The notes under the pieces: model-generated | The model's input: the letters and a program-made list of their open reading frames with translations, nothing else | Databases searched by the model: none | Told to the model about the DNA's origin: nothing | Position numbers and translations under genes: made by a program | Shown here: positions 1 to 13,045 of the stretch, one piece after another | Layout: each line of letters begins with the position of its first letter | How positions within the stretch are numbered: position 1 is the stretch's first letter | NCBI GenBank assembly: GCA_976551045.1 | Contig: CDPCPM010000014.1 | Location: forward strand, 15,190,001-15,254,000 | DNA from: Glaucostegus cemiculus | Taxonomy: Eukaryota | DNA: 64,000 nt | Reading direction: 5' to 3'

Positions 1-297
1 GTTCAATCCTCACCTCCAGTGTTGTCTGCGTGGAGGTTGTATTTGCTGCCTTTGATTGCCTGGGTTTCCTCCTGATGCATTGCTTTCCTCCCACATCCTA
101 AAAGTGTGCTGGTTAGAGATTAATTTTCTGCTGTCTATTGCCCCAAATATGTAGGTAAGTGAAAGAATCTGGGATAGTTGATGGGAATGTGGGGAGAATA
201 GTGGTGGGGTGAATATAAATGGGTGTTTTATGGTAGGCATTGACTCAGAGGGTCAAACAGTGTGTTTTTGTGCTATTTGACTCTATGGCCCTATGAC
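1..297 (+). mobile_element. HE1/V-SINE-type tRNA-derived SINE, diverged, cut by window start
   Basis: B-box remnant GTTCAATCC, V-domain-like GGGTTTCCTCC..TTTCCTCCCACATCC, CR1-type tail ending GTGCTATTTGACTCTATG. Confidence 0.75.
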
Positions 298-977
298 TAA
301 AGGATATTGCTGGATTCTCTAAATCAAACACAGGGCCAAATTATCATAGTTAATATTTGTTTTGTTGAAATTTTATGCTGTTAATGTGACAGATGTAAGT
401 GGTAGGCAATGATGCTTACTGTCTAATTTTGGGAACCATCTGTCACCATCAAACCTTTTTAGATCAGATATGGCAGTTACAAATTTAATAAAGCTCTCTT
501 TACTCCTGCCCATCCTCAGAAAAGCACCCACTGCCACACCAGTGTAACACTTACTATTTTCCATACCAACTATTCTTGTGACTTTTTAATGCCAAATACC
601 ATTGAAATATACTGTATCCACTAGGTTTAGACAAACAAATCACATCCTACATAAAGCTCTTCCAGCAGACAGATTAAAAAGATACCCTTCCCTATTAGGC
701 TCAAATCTACCTACTAGAAATGAAAGGCCAGGACAACTCTGCATCTTATTTTTCCTTAATTTAATGCAAGCAATTTTTAAATATATATTTTGTTCACAGA
801 CACTAGAAAAATCTTATGTAATTTGCATCATAGTTGCATCAATCGCCATATTCAATAAATTCCACCAGTTTAAAATGTAAAAGTTATAGCAAATATAGCC
901 TTCAGGAATTAAGGTAGGAATCCAACTAAATATGTGTTTCAGACTTCTCATTTATTACTGACAAACTGTATTACCTT

Positions 978-1220
978 TCACGATAGCGTAGTGGTTAGCA
1001 CGATGCTGTTACAGTGCCAGCGATCGGGGTTCGATTCCCTTCGCTGTCTGTAAGGAGTTTGTACGTTCTCCTGTGTCTGCGTGGGTTTCCTCTGGGTGCT
1101 CCGGTTTCCTCCCACATTCTGAAAGACATATGGGTAGGTTAATTTGGGGGTTTAAAATGGGCGGTGTGGACTTGGAGGGCCGAAAGGGCTTGTTACCACG
1201 CTGTAAAATTTTAAAAAAGT
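978..1220 (+). mobile_element. Young short V-SINE (tRNA head + V-domain + CR1-like tail)
   Basis: A-box TAGCGTAGTGG, B-box GGTTCGATTCC, V-domain GAGTTTGTACGTTCTCC..GGGTTTCCTCTGGGTGCTCCGGTTTCCTCCCAC, tail GGGCCGAAAGGGC; close copies at 61404-61655 and 63934-64000. Confidence 0.9.
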
Positions 1221-2849
1221 GTAATATGGATTTGATACTTAAATTACTTAGCTGTCTTACTCATTGCAAACTAATAATTTATAATTTATTTCAAATGAAA
1301 ATACCCTTGAAGCATTCATGTATAATTAGTATCACTGCCAAAAGAGAACAGCACTCTTTATTGCAACATGGGAAGAAATTCTAGCAGATAGTCCAATTCT
1401 ATATGTAATCATAATACATGAGAAATTGTTATTTACTTCAAACCGATGAGCATCTTCATTGAGAAAACAAAGGTGTATACAAGTACTAAAATTGCCAACT
1501 GCAATTTCAAGTCTTATAAGCCACTTGATGACATAGGACATTGTATAAACAAATTTCCTGTGTCCAAAATTGATCATTGTTCCTACTTATTATTTACATC
1601 AAAGAATAAATTAACAAAGAGCATTAAAGAAAATGTTGATGTTTTTCTCCTCTCATTTAAATTATCAGAAATAAATTAAATTAACAAGATCCTGCAGATG
1701 TCAGGCAGGAGTAATCTTTTTACAGCTCGAGTTTCCATTCTATCATTTTAAGGATTGCTAGTGAGTCATTTTATGAGCCAATAATATGCCACATATACTC
1801 AGAAGAAGCAGATTTGATTACTTAGTCAGGTTTCTTCATCTTGACTGAAGAATTTCCCAGCACTCTAGACATTACACAGCTCTCTATGGAAGTCTGGACA
1901 CTGCACAGTGATGGCCAGGCAAGGTCACACGCCAACAAACCATCACTCATATACATGAGGAGGGAAGGGTCTGTTAATAATTAGTATCTTCCCAGGTTAC
2001 GGATAACACATCTCAGTAGCTTGGGATTCTTTACTGCCAGCTTCCTGCTGAGCCCAGGAGGTGTCCTAAGATGGTATGTGGCTAGCTGATGGAGGAGTTT
2101 TGTGCTTCCTCTCACTGCTACACTATACATTTTTTTTAAAAATCAGGATAACAAGTGCAGCTGTCACTAACAAAAACCATTAATTAGACTGCACGAGTTA
2201 CAGCCTAACATGGAAAACTGGAGGATTTACCCAAACATATGTCTTAATATTCGCAGTTACATTTATCCTTCTTTGCATCCAAGTGAATGCCTTATACATG
2301 AACTTGTAATAAAATGTAAATAGAGATGTAATAAAACAGTAAAAAAAAATGCAGTATAAATAATTTGTTTTCTGTTAACTCTAACAGTCAGTTACCATTA
2401 AAGTTATATATCAGGTTTTAAAAATTGCACTGCTGTCCCTTCCTACTGAGAACTTTATCTTTCTGAAGTGTTCCTAACACCACTGACACCAGGTGATAGG
2501 ATGGGCTGGGAAACCTTGTGTAAATGTCCTTTTTCACAGTTATTCATCTCTTCCTTCTATCCCATTTGTATTATATATAGCTTCATGTATGCAGGTCATC
2601 AATTGTATTGGAATTTTAAAGCAACACAATTTGTAACTTCATGATCCATCTTGTCCCTCACTCTACCACTGCCTTCAAGCTAGCAGATAGTTCAGTGAAT
2701 GTAGAAGAACTTGCCAGCAGCAATGTCATACATTGCTAAATATTAGGTTATTAAAGTGTTCTTGCTGTTTGTTAGACATGCATACTGAACAGCAGAAGCA
2801 TAGTAAGTAATTTCAAGAGATCAGATTAACCCTGACACATCCAGTCATA

Positions 2850-4350
2850 ACTGATGATAGACAATGAACCAATAAAAAGGCAGAAGGCTTCAGAAAGATC
2901 CCATCTTTGACCATTATGGAATTCTACATGTGCAAAAAACGTGGCTGGAACTTCACCCAGAAAAAGTTGAATGATCCATCACAGCGCCTGCTGAAGTTGT
3001 GCATCATTAGAGCAGACAGATCTCATCCATATCAGTTAAATCTACTTAATATCAAGAAATAGTTGAGTAGACTGGATGCAGCTGAAGTTTAAGGGCTGTG
3101 CTGCTGAAAATTTGTCTTCTTACATTAGCTGCTTCTTTAGCCAAGCTAGCTTGCAAAATTACTGAGATATGTCTTAGGCGCAAAAAGCAGAGGTCCAATA
3201 TGGCTGATTACCACCCCATCGCTCCATTCTCAAGTAATGGGAGATGTTGTTGACAGTGCTATCAAATGCTAATTCCTTACTAAGAACATTCTCACCAATG
3301 TTGGATTTGCCATGACTGATCAATCAATCCCAAATCTCGATATAGCCTCAGTCCACACAAGGACAAAAGGTTTGAATTACACAGTTCCCTTGACAGCAGT
3401 GATGCCTCGAAAGCCATGATAAAACTGAAGTCAATGGGAACATTCTCCACTGGTTGGATTCACACCTTGGATGAAAGATGACAGTTCTAGTTGTCACAGG
3501 TCAGTCATCTCTTCTTCAGGGCATCCAGGCAGTGTCCCAGCACCAACTATCTTTAGCTGCTTTATCAATGACCTTCCATCATGATAAGGTCAGAGGACAG
3601 GTGCTCTTGATAAAGGCAGTACTGACCACTTTTCTATCTGATTTTCATGACAAAGGTGTCGGATAATGACCATCTCCAGCAGGAGGGAATCCAGTCACCA
3701 ACCATTGACATTCAATGGCATTACCATTAACATCCCAGGGATCACAAATGCCGAGAAACTGAACACATCATATAATTACTATGGTTACAAGAGCAAATCA
3801 GAGGCTGGAGCATTCTACAGCAGGTAGCTCAACTCCTGACTTCCCATTTATCATCTACAAGACATATATCAAGACTGTGATGTAATATTGTCCACTTACC
3901 TGGATGAATGCAGCTCCAAAATACATCATCCAGAATAAAGCAGTGGGCTCAACTGGCATCTCATTCTCTACCTTTGTTACTCACTACCTCCATCACTGGT
4001 TGAAGCATGTTTTATCTACAAGATGAATTACAACAAGCTTCCAAGGCCTCGTTGACAATATCTTCCAAAGCTATGAGCTTTATTAACTAAAGAACAAGAG
4101 CAGCTGGCAACTAATTCACCAAATCACTAAATTCCCCTTCAAGTTGCATACTATGTAGACCTAGAAAATATATTAACATTCTTTCAACACTGCAGCGGTA
4201 AATTCATAGAACCCTTTCCTCAACAACACTGTGGAAATACCTTTCCCACAGGGATTGCAGTAGTTCAAAAGGATGGTTCAACTCTGCCTTCTTAAGGACA
4301 ATGAGGAATGGGCATTCAATTTTGGCCTTGGCAAAGCTGGATGAATAAAA
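2850..4350 (+). mobile_element. Old degenerate CR1/L2-group LINE, RT region plus 3' tail
   Basis: Remnant of NYRPISL-like codons near 3205; 3' end CAGTAGTTCAAAAGG..GAATGGGCA..TGAATAAAA shared with 19160-19990, 42540-43260, 52545-52650 and 62530-63028. Confidence 0.6.
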
Positions 4351-5009
4351 GAAAATTGCCTTGGATGACATCCTTTGGGTTTTTGACTGTCAGAATCGTG
4401 CAGTCAATCAAGGAACCAAAATAGCTCTTGTTGATAAAAAAAAATGACACTGTCTGTGTCTTTGAAAAGACATTTCCATCCCCATCCTTCTCATTTGCCA
4501 CCATTGACATGATTGATCACAATATCGCTTTCAACACTACTCCACTGTCATCTAGCTGCAGGGGACTAGACTTATTTGATTCTTATCGATTATTTGATTA
4601 TTTGATTCGATGCAGTTATAGCAATGTTTTTTTCTTCACACTCCCATCCAATTACCTCCAGATCGATTATCACCCCTTCTCATATACAAACTCTATCCCT
4701 CTCCCTGGTTACTTAAGCCAAACCTGGCTAGTGAAACTCCAATGCCAATTTAAGGCTAAGACTTGCTTCCATCTAGAGCCTTTGCCAACACTGAGGTCAC
4801 CTTTTCCCATTGCTACAGCAACAGCTGACTCTTCTTCTGTCTCAGCTCCTCAACCTGGAGACCCCCATCCTCTCATTTTTTTAATCTCTGACTTTGACTT
4901 TTCCAACATATCCTTGATCTGTCTTCCTGATTCTATCCTCAATCTACCTTCACTCATTCAGAACACATCTCCCTTTGTCTTCCCTCACACTAAGTTCCAT
5001 TCATCAATC

Positions 5010-5960
5010 TTCTTCTTCTTCAGCAGTCCCTTAGAATCAATGATGACTTTCTTCCATTCTGGTTCTATTGGTTACAAGGTAACTGATGAGGCTGATGTAG
5101 AACCATAGACTCTTCTGTAGATGGAATAGGAGGTGTTCAATGAGGAGGTGGGTGGCTAGTATGTGAGGTGTTGTACCCCTTCAGCCATTCCAACTGTCCT
5201 ACCATTTGCCCTCAAAGCATGGATCCCTGTTCCATGTTGAGTGGTTATGGGTCAGGAATCCTCAAGAGTTAGTGGGAATATTGCATTTCTGAGGGAGGTT
5301 TAGAACACATCCCTGTATTTTTTTCATTTCCCTAATTGGTAATTCCTTCTCATATAAGAGTTCAGGATAGAATGAATGTTTCACAAGTCAGAAATCGTCT
5401 GACTCATGAAAGCCAGACATAGAAACTATGTGGCCTTCCTAGAAGAGATGACTGAGTGTAGTTAGGCCCTCAGGTCTGTGGATGTTGACCCAGGAGAGGA
5501 GGCTGACATTCGTTTGTTTATTCTTCCAGTAGACTTGGAAGATTTTCATTGATAATATTGATGGTGTCACTCCAATGCCATGAGGTGCTTGTTATGGGTC
5601 ATCCTGCTCTCAGAAGCATATAGCAGGGCAGGGGCCACTGCTGCCCAATAGACCATGAATTTTGGGCAGGTTTTGAGCTCCTGATCTTCAAACACTCTTT
5701 TTCATTAATTGACTTCATCGTCTGCCACCCATGGAGAATTTCACCATCAATGTCTGCGTTTTATGAGATACAGCCCACTAGATATGATAAGTGATCCATA
5801 TTTTCCTTAGTCTCACTGTGAAACTTTACAATGGAGAACAGTGGGGTCAGGCATTGGCTTAAACCTTTGTCTTGTGGATGATGTGTGCAAAGCCTAACTT
5901 CTTGTCAGCTTTGGTAAATGAGTCAATGGTGATTTGGAGCTCAATCTCTGAGCATCTATC
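5010..5960 (-). mobile_element. Degenerate RTE-clade LINE 3' fragment
   Basis: (CTT)n tail at ~5010 followed by CAGTCCCTTAG..GATGACT, same end as 60820; LLYASE-like remnant near 5610. Confidence 0.6.
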
Positions 5961-5979
5961 TGTTTATTCATCACAAAGG

Positions 5980-6237
5980 CCTCACCTCTCACCATCTCCA
6001 TAACCTCCTCCAGACCCACGATCTTAGGGAGATCCCTTCTACTCCAATTCAGGCTTCTAGAACATCCTCAATTTTAATTGTTTCTATTTGTCAGCCATGT
6101 CTTCTGGTTCCAAGGCCCCTAAGCTCTGCAATTCCTTTTTTAATCCTTTCTGCTTCTCCACTTCCCTTTCATCTTTTCTTATGCTATTTAAAATCTGCAT
6201 CGTTGACCAAGGAGTTGTTCACCTGCCATAACATTTC
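5980..6237 (+). mobile_element. L2-type LINE 3' fragment, interrupted by the L1 tail
   Basis: GGCCCCTAAGCTCTGCAATTCC..TTTAAAA..TTGACCAAG..TTCACCTG matches the usual L2 3' end pattern. Confidence 0.55.
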
Positions 6238-8572
6238 CTTTCTTTCTTTCTTTCTTTTTCAATCTTTTTATTGATAACAAATCATTACAGGTTAAGATAT
6301 ATAACAACAATGTTTACACATGTATTATATAAATATCAAATAAATCGTAGATAATCATAAAAAAAGCAATAAAATATGATGTATATAAAAGAAATAATTC
6401 CAACAATATCTCAGTTCATAGATGTAATATAAAAAATAAAAAGAAAAAGATTTGTTATATAATTAGAAGAAAAAAAACAAAACAAAAAAAACCCAAAACA
6501 TTTTTTTATAAGAAAAAACAATTTAAAAAATCATAATATAGAATCAATTGAACCAAAAATGAAATTAAAAAAAAGGGAAAATAAAACAAAACAAGAAGAA
6601 AAAAAAACTGGGCTAAAATTCAATAGAGATAGAACAATATAATGTCGTCAGCTCCGTTTCTCTAAATTTAAAAAAAAGTTATAGAAGGGGAGACTACATT
6701 GTATGAAAGTATTGAATAAATGGACTCCAAACATCTTCAAATTTAAGCGAAGAATCAACAGTACCACTCCTAATTTTTTCCAAATTAAGACATGAAATAG
6801 TTTGAGAGAACCATTGAAAAGTGGTAGGGGGTTTTGGATCCTTCCATTTGAGCAGAATTGCTCGTTTGGCCATCAATGTAACAAAAGCAATCATACGATT
6901 AGCAGAAGCAGGTAAATGGCCAGACTTTATCCATGGTAATCCAAAAATTGCAGTAATAGGGTGAGGTTGTAAATCGATCTTCAATACATCTGAAATAACA
7001 TTAAAAATGTCTTTCCAATATTTTTCCAAATTAGGACAAGACCAGAACATATGTGACAAAGAAGCCACGTTTGATTTACATCTGTCACATATAGGGTTTA
7101 TACGATCATAAAAACGAGCTAGCTTATCTTTGGACATATAGGCCCTGTGCACAACTTTAAACTGTATCAATGAATGTCTGGCACACATTGAGGATGTATT
7201 AACTAAATGAAAAATTTTCTTCCAAGTCTCTATAGATATAGAAATCTGCAGTTCAATTTCCCAATCGTTTTTAATTTTGTCCAGTGAATCTGCTGATATT
7301 TTCATAATTAAATCATAAATTATTGCTGTCAAGCCCTTCTGATGAGGATTAAAACCTAAAATTTTATCAATAATTTCATCTTTATAAAGAAATGGAAAGG
7401 AAGGTATAGTAGCTTTTAAAAAATTTCTAATCTGCAAATATCGAAAAAAATGTGATCTAGGTAAATTATATTTATTAGACAGCTGTTCAAAAGATGCAAA
7501 ACAGTTATCAATGAATAGATCACAAAAGCATACTATTCCCTTCCTTTTCCATAAAGAAAAAGCTGTATCTAGTCTAGATGGTTGAAAAAAAAATTAGATT
7601 GTATAGGACTTGACAAAACAAATTTAGTCAATCCAAAGAATTTACGAAATTGAAACCATATTCGTAATGTATGTTTAATGATTGGGTTAGTCATATATTT
7701 ACTTAATTTGGTAAGTGCAAAAGGAAGTGAAGCTCCTAAAATAGAGAATAGCGAAAATTCAAGTGTTGATTGATACTCAAGATGTACCCATTTAGGGCAT
7801 TGAATAACATTTAAGTCTTGTGTCCAAAAAATTAAATATCTGATATTGATTGCCCAATAATATAATCTAAAATTAGGCAAGGCCATACCACCATCCTTTT
7901 TCAGTTTTTGTAAACATTTCTTACTTAGTCTTGGATTCTTGTTCTGCCAAATATATGAAAGAATTTTAGAATCAACCTTGTCAAAAAAAGACTTTGGGAT
8001 AAAAATTGGAATCGCTTGAAATTAATATAAAAATTTTGGTAAGATATTCATCTTAATTGCATTAATTCGGCCTATCAGTGATAAAGACATTGGAGACCAT
8101 TTAGTAAGCGATTGTTTAACTTGGTCAAATAAAGGTAAAAAATTAGCTTTAAATAAATCCTTATGTTTATTAGTAATTTTAACACCTAAATACATAAAAT
8201 AATCAGTTACCAATTTAAAGGGTAACTGGCTATAAATTGAGGTTTTCATATTCAGTGGAAAAAGTTCACTCTTATTAAAATTTAGTCGATAACCAGAAAA
8301 AACACTGAATTGATCTAATAATAATAGTACTGCAGGGATCGATTCGTCTGGATTAGAAATATAAAGTAATAAGTCATCTGCATAAAGAGATATCTTATGA
8401 GTATTCTGTCCACGAATAATACCATGTATATTTAAAGAATCTCGGATTGCAATAGCCAAAGGTTCTAAAGCAATATCGAATAATAAGGGGCTTAACGGAC
8501 AACCTTGCCTAGTACCTCGAAAGAGCCTAAAAGAAGGAGATCTTTGATTATTAGTGAATACTGAAGCCATAC
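6238..8572 (-). mobile_element. 5'-truncated L1-clade LINE (RT C-terminal half, CCHC knuckle, 3' UTR, (GAAA)n tail)
   Basis: ORFs 8022-8669 (RGTRQGCPLSPLLF, LYADD), 7569-7886 (MALPNFRLYYWA), 6694-7437 (CDRC..HMFWSC); T-rich 3' UTR, AATAAA at ~6267-6272 on - strand, (TTTC)n on + strand. Confidence 0.92.
6694..8572 (-). pseudogene. L1 ORF2 reverse transcriptase pseudogene with two frameshifts (~8020 and ~7585)
   Basis: Collinear L1 ORF2 motifs across three ORF-track entries; frame breaks near KFLY and at an A-run. Confidence 0.88.
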
Positions 8573-9574
8573 ATTTCCTGATGTGGCTCAATATCAAAAC
8601 CAGTTTGACTACGTACACGTCAATTACCTTGGAATATTTTGCTATGTTAAGTTCACAAGATAAATTCAAGTTGCAGTTGCTGTTCCACCAGCTTCAGTGC
8701 AAGAACACACTCAGCCATAAAGCTACAAAGTAGCACATGGGATACTGGCTAAGGATGGGCAATAGGTGAGAATTTAAGGTACGATAAGCCAACGCCTCAT
8801 TTTGCTACAATGCCCTGCTAGTCGCTATCATTTGCCTGAATGGACAAGGAATAGATAAGACCTCAGTGTCATATATCACACATAAGAAGGCATTTATAGA
8901 GAGCAAGCAGTGTGTGAAGGCCTCCTTTCAAGTCTTGTTGCCCTCTTTCTGGGTGAAGATATCATACAAAGACTTATAGCAATCAGGCTTGAAATGAGCT
9001 CCTCAAATCTCTCTGTATTCATGCACAATGTAGCTGAGATACCTCCCAGTCCATGACAAATTCTCTTCTACAACTCCAAGTATATCCTGTTTGTCAATGG
9101 TGCCTGAGTTACAGCGATAGCAAATCTAAGAGAATCATGCAGCCTCTGTTGCAGAGTCTCCACTGCCTTCTCTATCTCTTGTGATCTGTGATACACCAGG
9201 TCAACTTTCTGCATTTCTGGTTCCACTGAAGTGTGCGTATCTGAGCTAGTTCATGACCTGCATGAGTCCTGTGTCAAAGTGCCTTCAGAGGGAGTGGCTC
9301 CTTCAAGGACTTATCTTTGTCTGAAACTTGGACCACTGTGGGAGATAAAAGATTTGAATGGGTTTTGTCATGGTGAGAGTGTTTGAACTCATGCGTATGA
9401 TCATATTTCGCTGCCTGTTTACATCAACTCAACATGTGTAAGTGTTGTACAGCATGTGGCTGTCTGATATTTAATTCAATCAGCACGTAGCTGGGAGGCT
9501 CACATTTCCTCATTTCCTATAGCCAAGCACACCTAGTCCTCCCTAATTTTCAGTTGCTTATACTGGCTTATAGG

Positions 9575-11104
9575 CTGTTGTTCCTAAGTGCCTAAAATCT
9601 GCCACTATCATACCTGTTCCTAAGAAGTCACCTGCAATGTGTCTGAATGACTACCATCCCATAACTCTAACACCGATTGTCATGAAATGCCTTGAGAGGC
9701 TAGTTATGAAGCACATCAGATCCATCCTCCCCCCACCTTGGATCCTCATCAGTATGCATATCAGGCAAACAGGTCCACCGATGATGCAGTCTCCTTTGCC
9801 CTGCACTCTGCACTATATCACTTAGAAAAGAAGAATTCGTACGTCAGGCTGCTATTCATCGACTTCAGCTCCGTTTTCAATACCATCATCCCACAACAGC
9901 TAATCAGGAAGTTGGGCGCACTGGGCATTAACACTCCTCTCTGCAACTGGATACTGGACTTTCTCACTTGCAGGCCGCAGTCAGTCAGAATTGGTGAAAA
10001 CACCTCGAGCACCATCACACTAAGCACTGGCTCCCCACAGGGTTGTGTGCTCAGTCCGCTCCTGTTCACCTTGTTGACTCACAACTGTGAGGCCAGATCC
10101 AGCTCCAACCGCATTGTCAAATTCGCCGATGACACGACAGTGGTGGGTCTTGTCATGGATGACGATGAGTCGGACTACAGAGAGGAGGTGAAACAACTAG
10201 CTATGTGGTGCAGTGACAACAACCTCTCCTTGAATGTGGAAAAAACCAAGGAGATGATAGTGGATTCTAGGAGGGGTCACCGTGTGCACACCCCGCTGAC
10301 CATCAACGGGTCTGCTGTGGAACAAGTAAGCAGCACCAAGTTCCTGGGGGTCCACATCACCGATGACCTGACCTGGTCCACTAACATTACGGCCCTCACG
10401 AAGAAAGCTCAGAAACGCCTCTACTTCCTGCGGAGACTGAGGAAAGCGAACTCCCATCCCTCCATTATGAAAACTTTCTATAGAGGGACCATTGAGAGCA
10501 TCTTAACCCAATGTATCACTGTTTGGTTTGGAAGCTGCTCAGCTGCTGGGTGGAAGTCCCTCCAGAGGATAGTTAGGGCTGCGGAGAGGATCATAGGTGT
10601 CTCTCTTCCATCCATCGCAGACATATACAAGGACCGTTGTTTTAGGAAGACCAAAAATATAATGGCGGATCCTTCTCACCCCTCCCATCATTTCTTTAAA
10701 ATTTTGCCATCTGTAAGGAGGCTCAAATGTATCAGGGCGAGAACGACCAGGCTGAGCAATAGCTTCTTTCCGCAAACCATCAGAACTGCGAACTCTCTCA
10801 TTCCTCCATCTTCCTTGTTAACACTAAGGGATGCTAGGTGCACAGAAATGCACCAGCACTTTAAATGCCCGCCACCAGCTCGTTCACTTTAATAACTATT
10901 TATTTAATTACCTGCCGTATTTAATTTAACCTGCCGTATTTAATTTAATTTAAACTTCCGTAGTTTTTAATGTTTTTTTTTGTTCAGTGTGTCTGTGTGT
11001 CTCTGCTGTTTGTTATTTAATGGGCCAAGCACCTGAGGAGGATGGTATCTCACTCCTATGCATACTATGTATGTATATGGTTGTGACAATAAAACTGATT
11101 CTGG
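9575..11104 (+). mobile_element. 5'-truncated Rex1/Babar-clade LINE
   Basis: [68 protein letters not shown]; 3' end GTGACAATAAAACTGATTCTG. Confidence 0.92.
9637..10892 (+). pseudogene. Rex1/Babar reverse transcriptase, one frameshift at C-run ~9730, no endonuclease
   Basis: ORF 9637-9825 continues into ORF 9738-10892 (384 aa) with complete RT motifs. Confidence 0.88.
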
Positions 11105-11904
11105 GCACTTATTAGCTGTGAGATGGCTGAAAGTCCACCTCCAATTCTTGTCTTAACCTTCATTTGCCTCTTATCCCCTTTAAGGGGGCAAACAGAGAGC
11201 TCTGGTAAGAATAATGGCATGCATTGGACCGATGGACAGAGATGACATTTTGAGGATGACCAGAAGGGAGGGACAAGGTATTGCATAAGGAAGAGTGAAT
11301 GGGCAGGTGGGGATGTGAGGAAACATATAGACAGAGAGGACTCTGTGTACCTGAGAGTAAACGTGTGAGGAATAGAAAGATGTGGTAAACTGCACAGGAA
11401 GATGAGGGTAAATGTACCAATGCTCTCATATTTTCTGTCCCACTTTCCATATTGTATCCAGAAGCTTAGTTGCATCATCTTGCTGCTGTTCTTTTAAGCA
11501 ATCTGCAACTTCTTTTTCCTTGGCAGCTTTGTTCCCCTTGGATCCCCAGAGCTTCATGTGAATTCTATATTGTGAGCATCCACAGTACACAATTTTATGA
11601 TTTTTATTCCATTCTGCCCCTTCAATGAATTGGTAACCCATGAATGCTCGGGAATGGTTTGCCATAATTTCCTTAAGGTTCACAAAAAATGCTTTAAAGC
11701 TCAAAAGTAAAATATTCCTTGCAGTAAACTTTGCCAAAATCTTTCTTATTTCTGTTGTTTTTGTTTTAACTGGTAATGAAAAACTGCTTTGACTAATTCA
11801 TTTAATAGTTCTGCCCTATAAACAGCAGTTTAGAAATAACCCCCATTCATATAATTTCACATTAAGCAAGAATAAAATAGTAAAGCAAAATGTTATACTA
11901 GTTA

Positions 11905-12098
11905 CACACAAAAAGCTGGAGGCACTCAGCAACTCAGGCAGCATCTATGGAGGGAAATGGATGGTCAATGTTTTGGTTCGAGACCCTTCTTCAGAACTGT
12001 CCATTTCATTCCATAGATGCTGCCTGACTTGCTGAGTTCCTCCAGATTTTTATGCGTTGCTCCAGATTTCCAGCATCTGCAGTCTCTTGTGTCTCCAT
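11905..12098. mobile_element. Palindromic Penelope-like (PLE) terminal-repeat mini-element with decayed hammerhead core
   Basis: ~50 bp inverted arms 11911-11961 / 12000-12050; loop on - strand reads CTGAAGAAGGGTCTCGAACCAAAACATT. Confidence 0.7.
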
Positions 12099-12924
12099 GT
12101 TAGACTGGTTAAATAGCTGTGAACAACAGGCATGGATCTCCACATCTCCTCTAATATCGGGGGCCTGGAGGTTCCCAAAATTATCAGGTTTATTACTAGA
12201 AAGATTAGCTTTTCAAATGAGACTGTAAAGCAGGTCTCCTCCTGCTCTCCCGAGAGGAATAGTAGATCTCAAGGCGTTATTTGAATTCATCAAAATACTT
12301 TGGAGACATTTAAAACACTATTCCAATATTTTCTTTAAAGAGTCATGACATTAAAAATATCTTAAAATACTAACAAATAACTCAAAACGTTAAGAGAAAT
12401 AAAATATTTCAAATATTTACCTTCTTTGGCAGGGTTAGTCATTCCACTCAAATGCGTGGTGTCACCTAGCGCTCTTCATATCCAGCACTCTCTTCTGCAG
12501 TGTTCTACCACTGGGCTCAGTGGTGAGTCCAGTAATGTGGAGTGAAGTCAGATGCATTAACATCCAACATTCATCTGATCTTAAACTTTCACATATGCCA
12601 GAGCATTTGCAGTATCAGGGATTTGCTGAGCCCCAACGTCTGACAGCTGGGGGGTAAAACCCAGAATCCCCACTTGTCAATCTTCTTTATCTGGCCCATA
12701 TGATGTGCTTAGAAATAAAACTGGCACAATCTTGAAATGGAGAATTTAGCCAATTTATTGCAGAATCTAATCAGAAAGGAGAACAATTTCCTATCATGGC
12801 TGAACCCACCACCTACACACATAATTTAACTTTCTCAGAATGTCAATGGTTTCTTTCGTAACATGATTTTTCTTCAGCATCAAAGTAGCCTCTTTTGCAG
12901 CAAGGAGAACGGGCACCACAGTCC

Positions 12925-13045
12925 AAAAGCAAAATACTGCAGATGCTAGAAATCTGAAGGAAAAACAGAAAATCCTAGAAGTACTCAGCATTCAAGCATT
13001 ACCTTCGAAACAAGAAATCGGGTTAACATGATATCAGAACCCATT
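12925..13045. mobile_element. PLE terminal-repeat fragment
   Basis: AATACTGCAGATGCTAGAAATCTGAAGG..ACAGAAAAT..ACTCAGCA, same family as 32930 and 37560. Confidence 0.55.

Noticed and set aside
981-1045. tRNA gene-like A/B boxes (also 61590-61655, 63934-64000)
   Set aside because: SINE heads: no full cloverleaf, and followed by V-domain and LINE tail.
4428-5108. 226-aa ORF
   Set aside because: Non-ATG start, S/P/L/F-biased product of pyrimidine-rich decayed repeat DNA that runs into an RTE tail; no domain motif.
8573-8669. N-terminal extension of the L1 RT ORF
   Set aside because: Not L1-like; chance read-through past the 5' truncation point.
8580-9450. Possible degenerate LINE between L1 and Rex1
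   Set aside because: Looks like decayed coding sequence, but I could not assign a motif by eye.
10905-10955. Short tandem duplication (ACCTGCCGTATTTAATT)x2 and other short repeats (39585, 21620)
   Set aside because: Ordinary 3' UTR or slippage repeats; not CRISPR-like (no regular spacers, eukaryotic context).
11065-11737. Cluster of overlapping 70-137 aa ORFs
   Set aside because: No recognisable motif or convincing splice structure; probably an old unclassified repeat.
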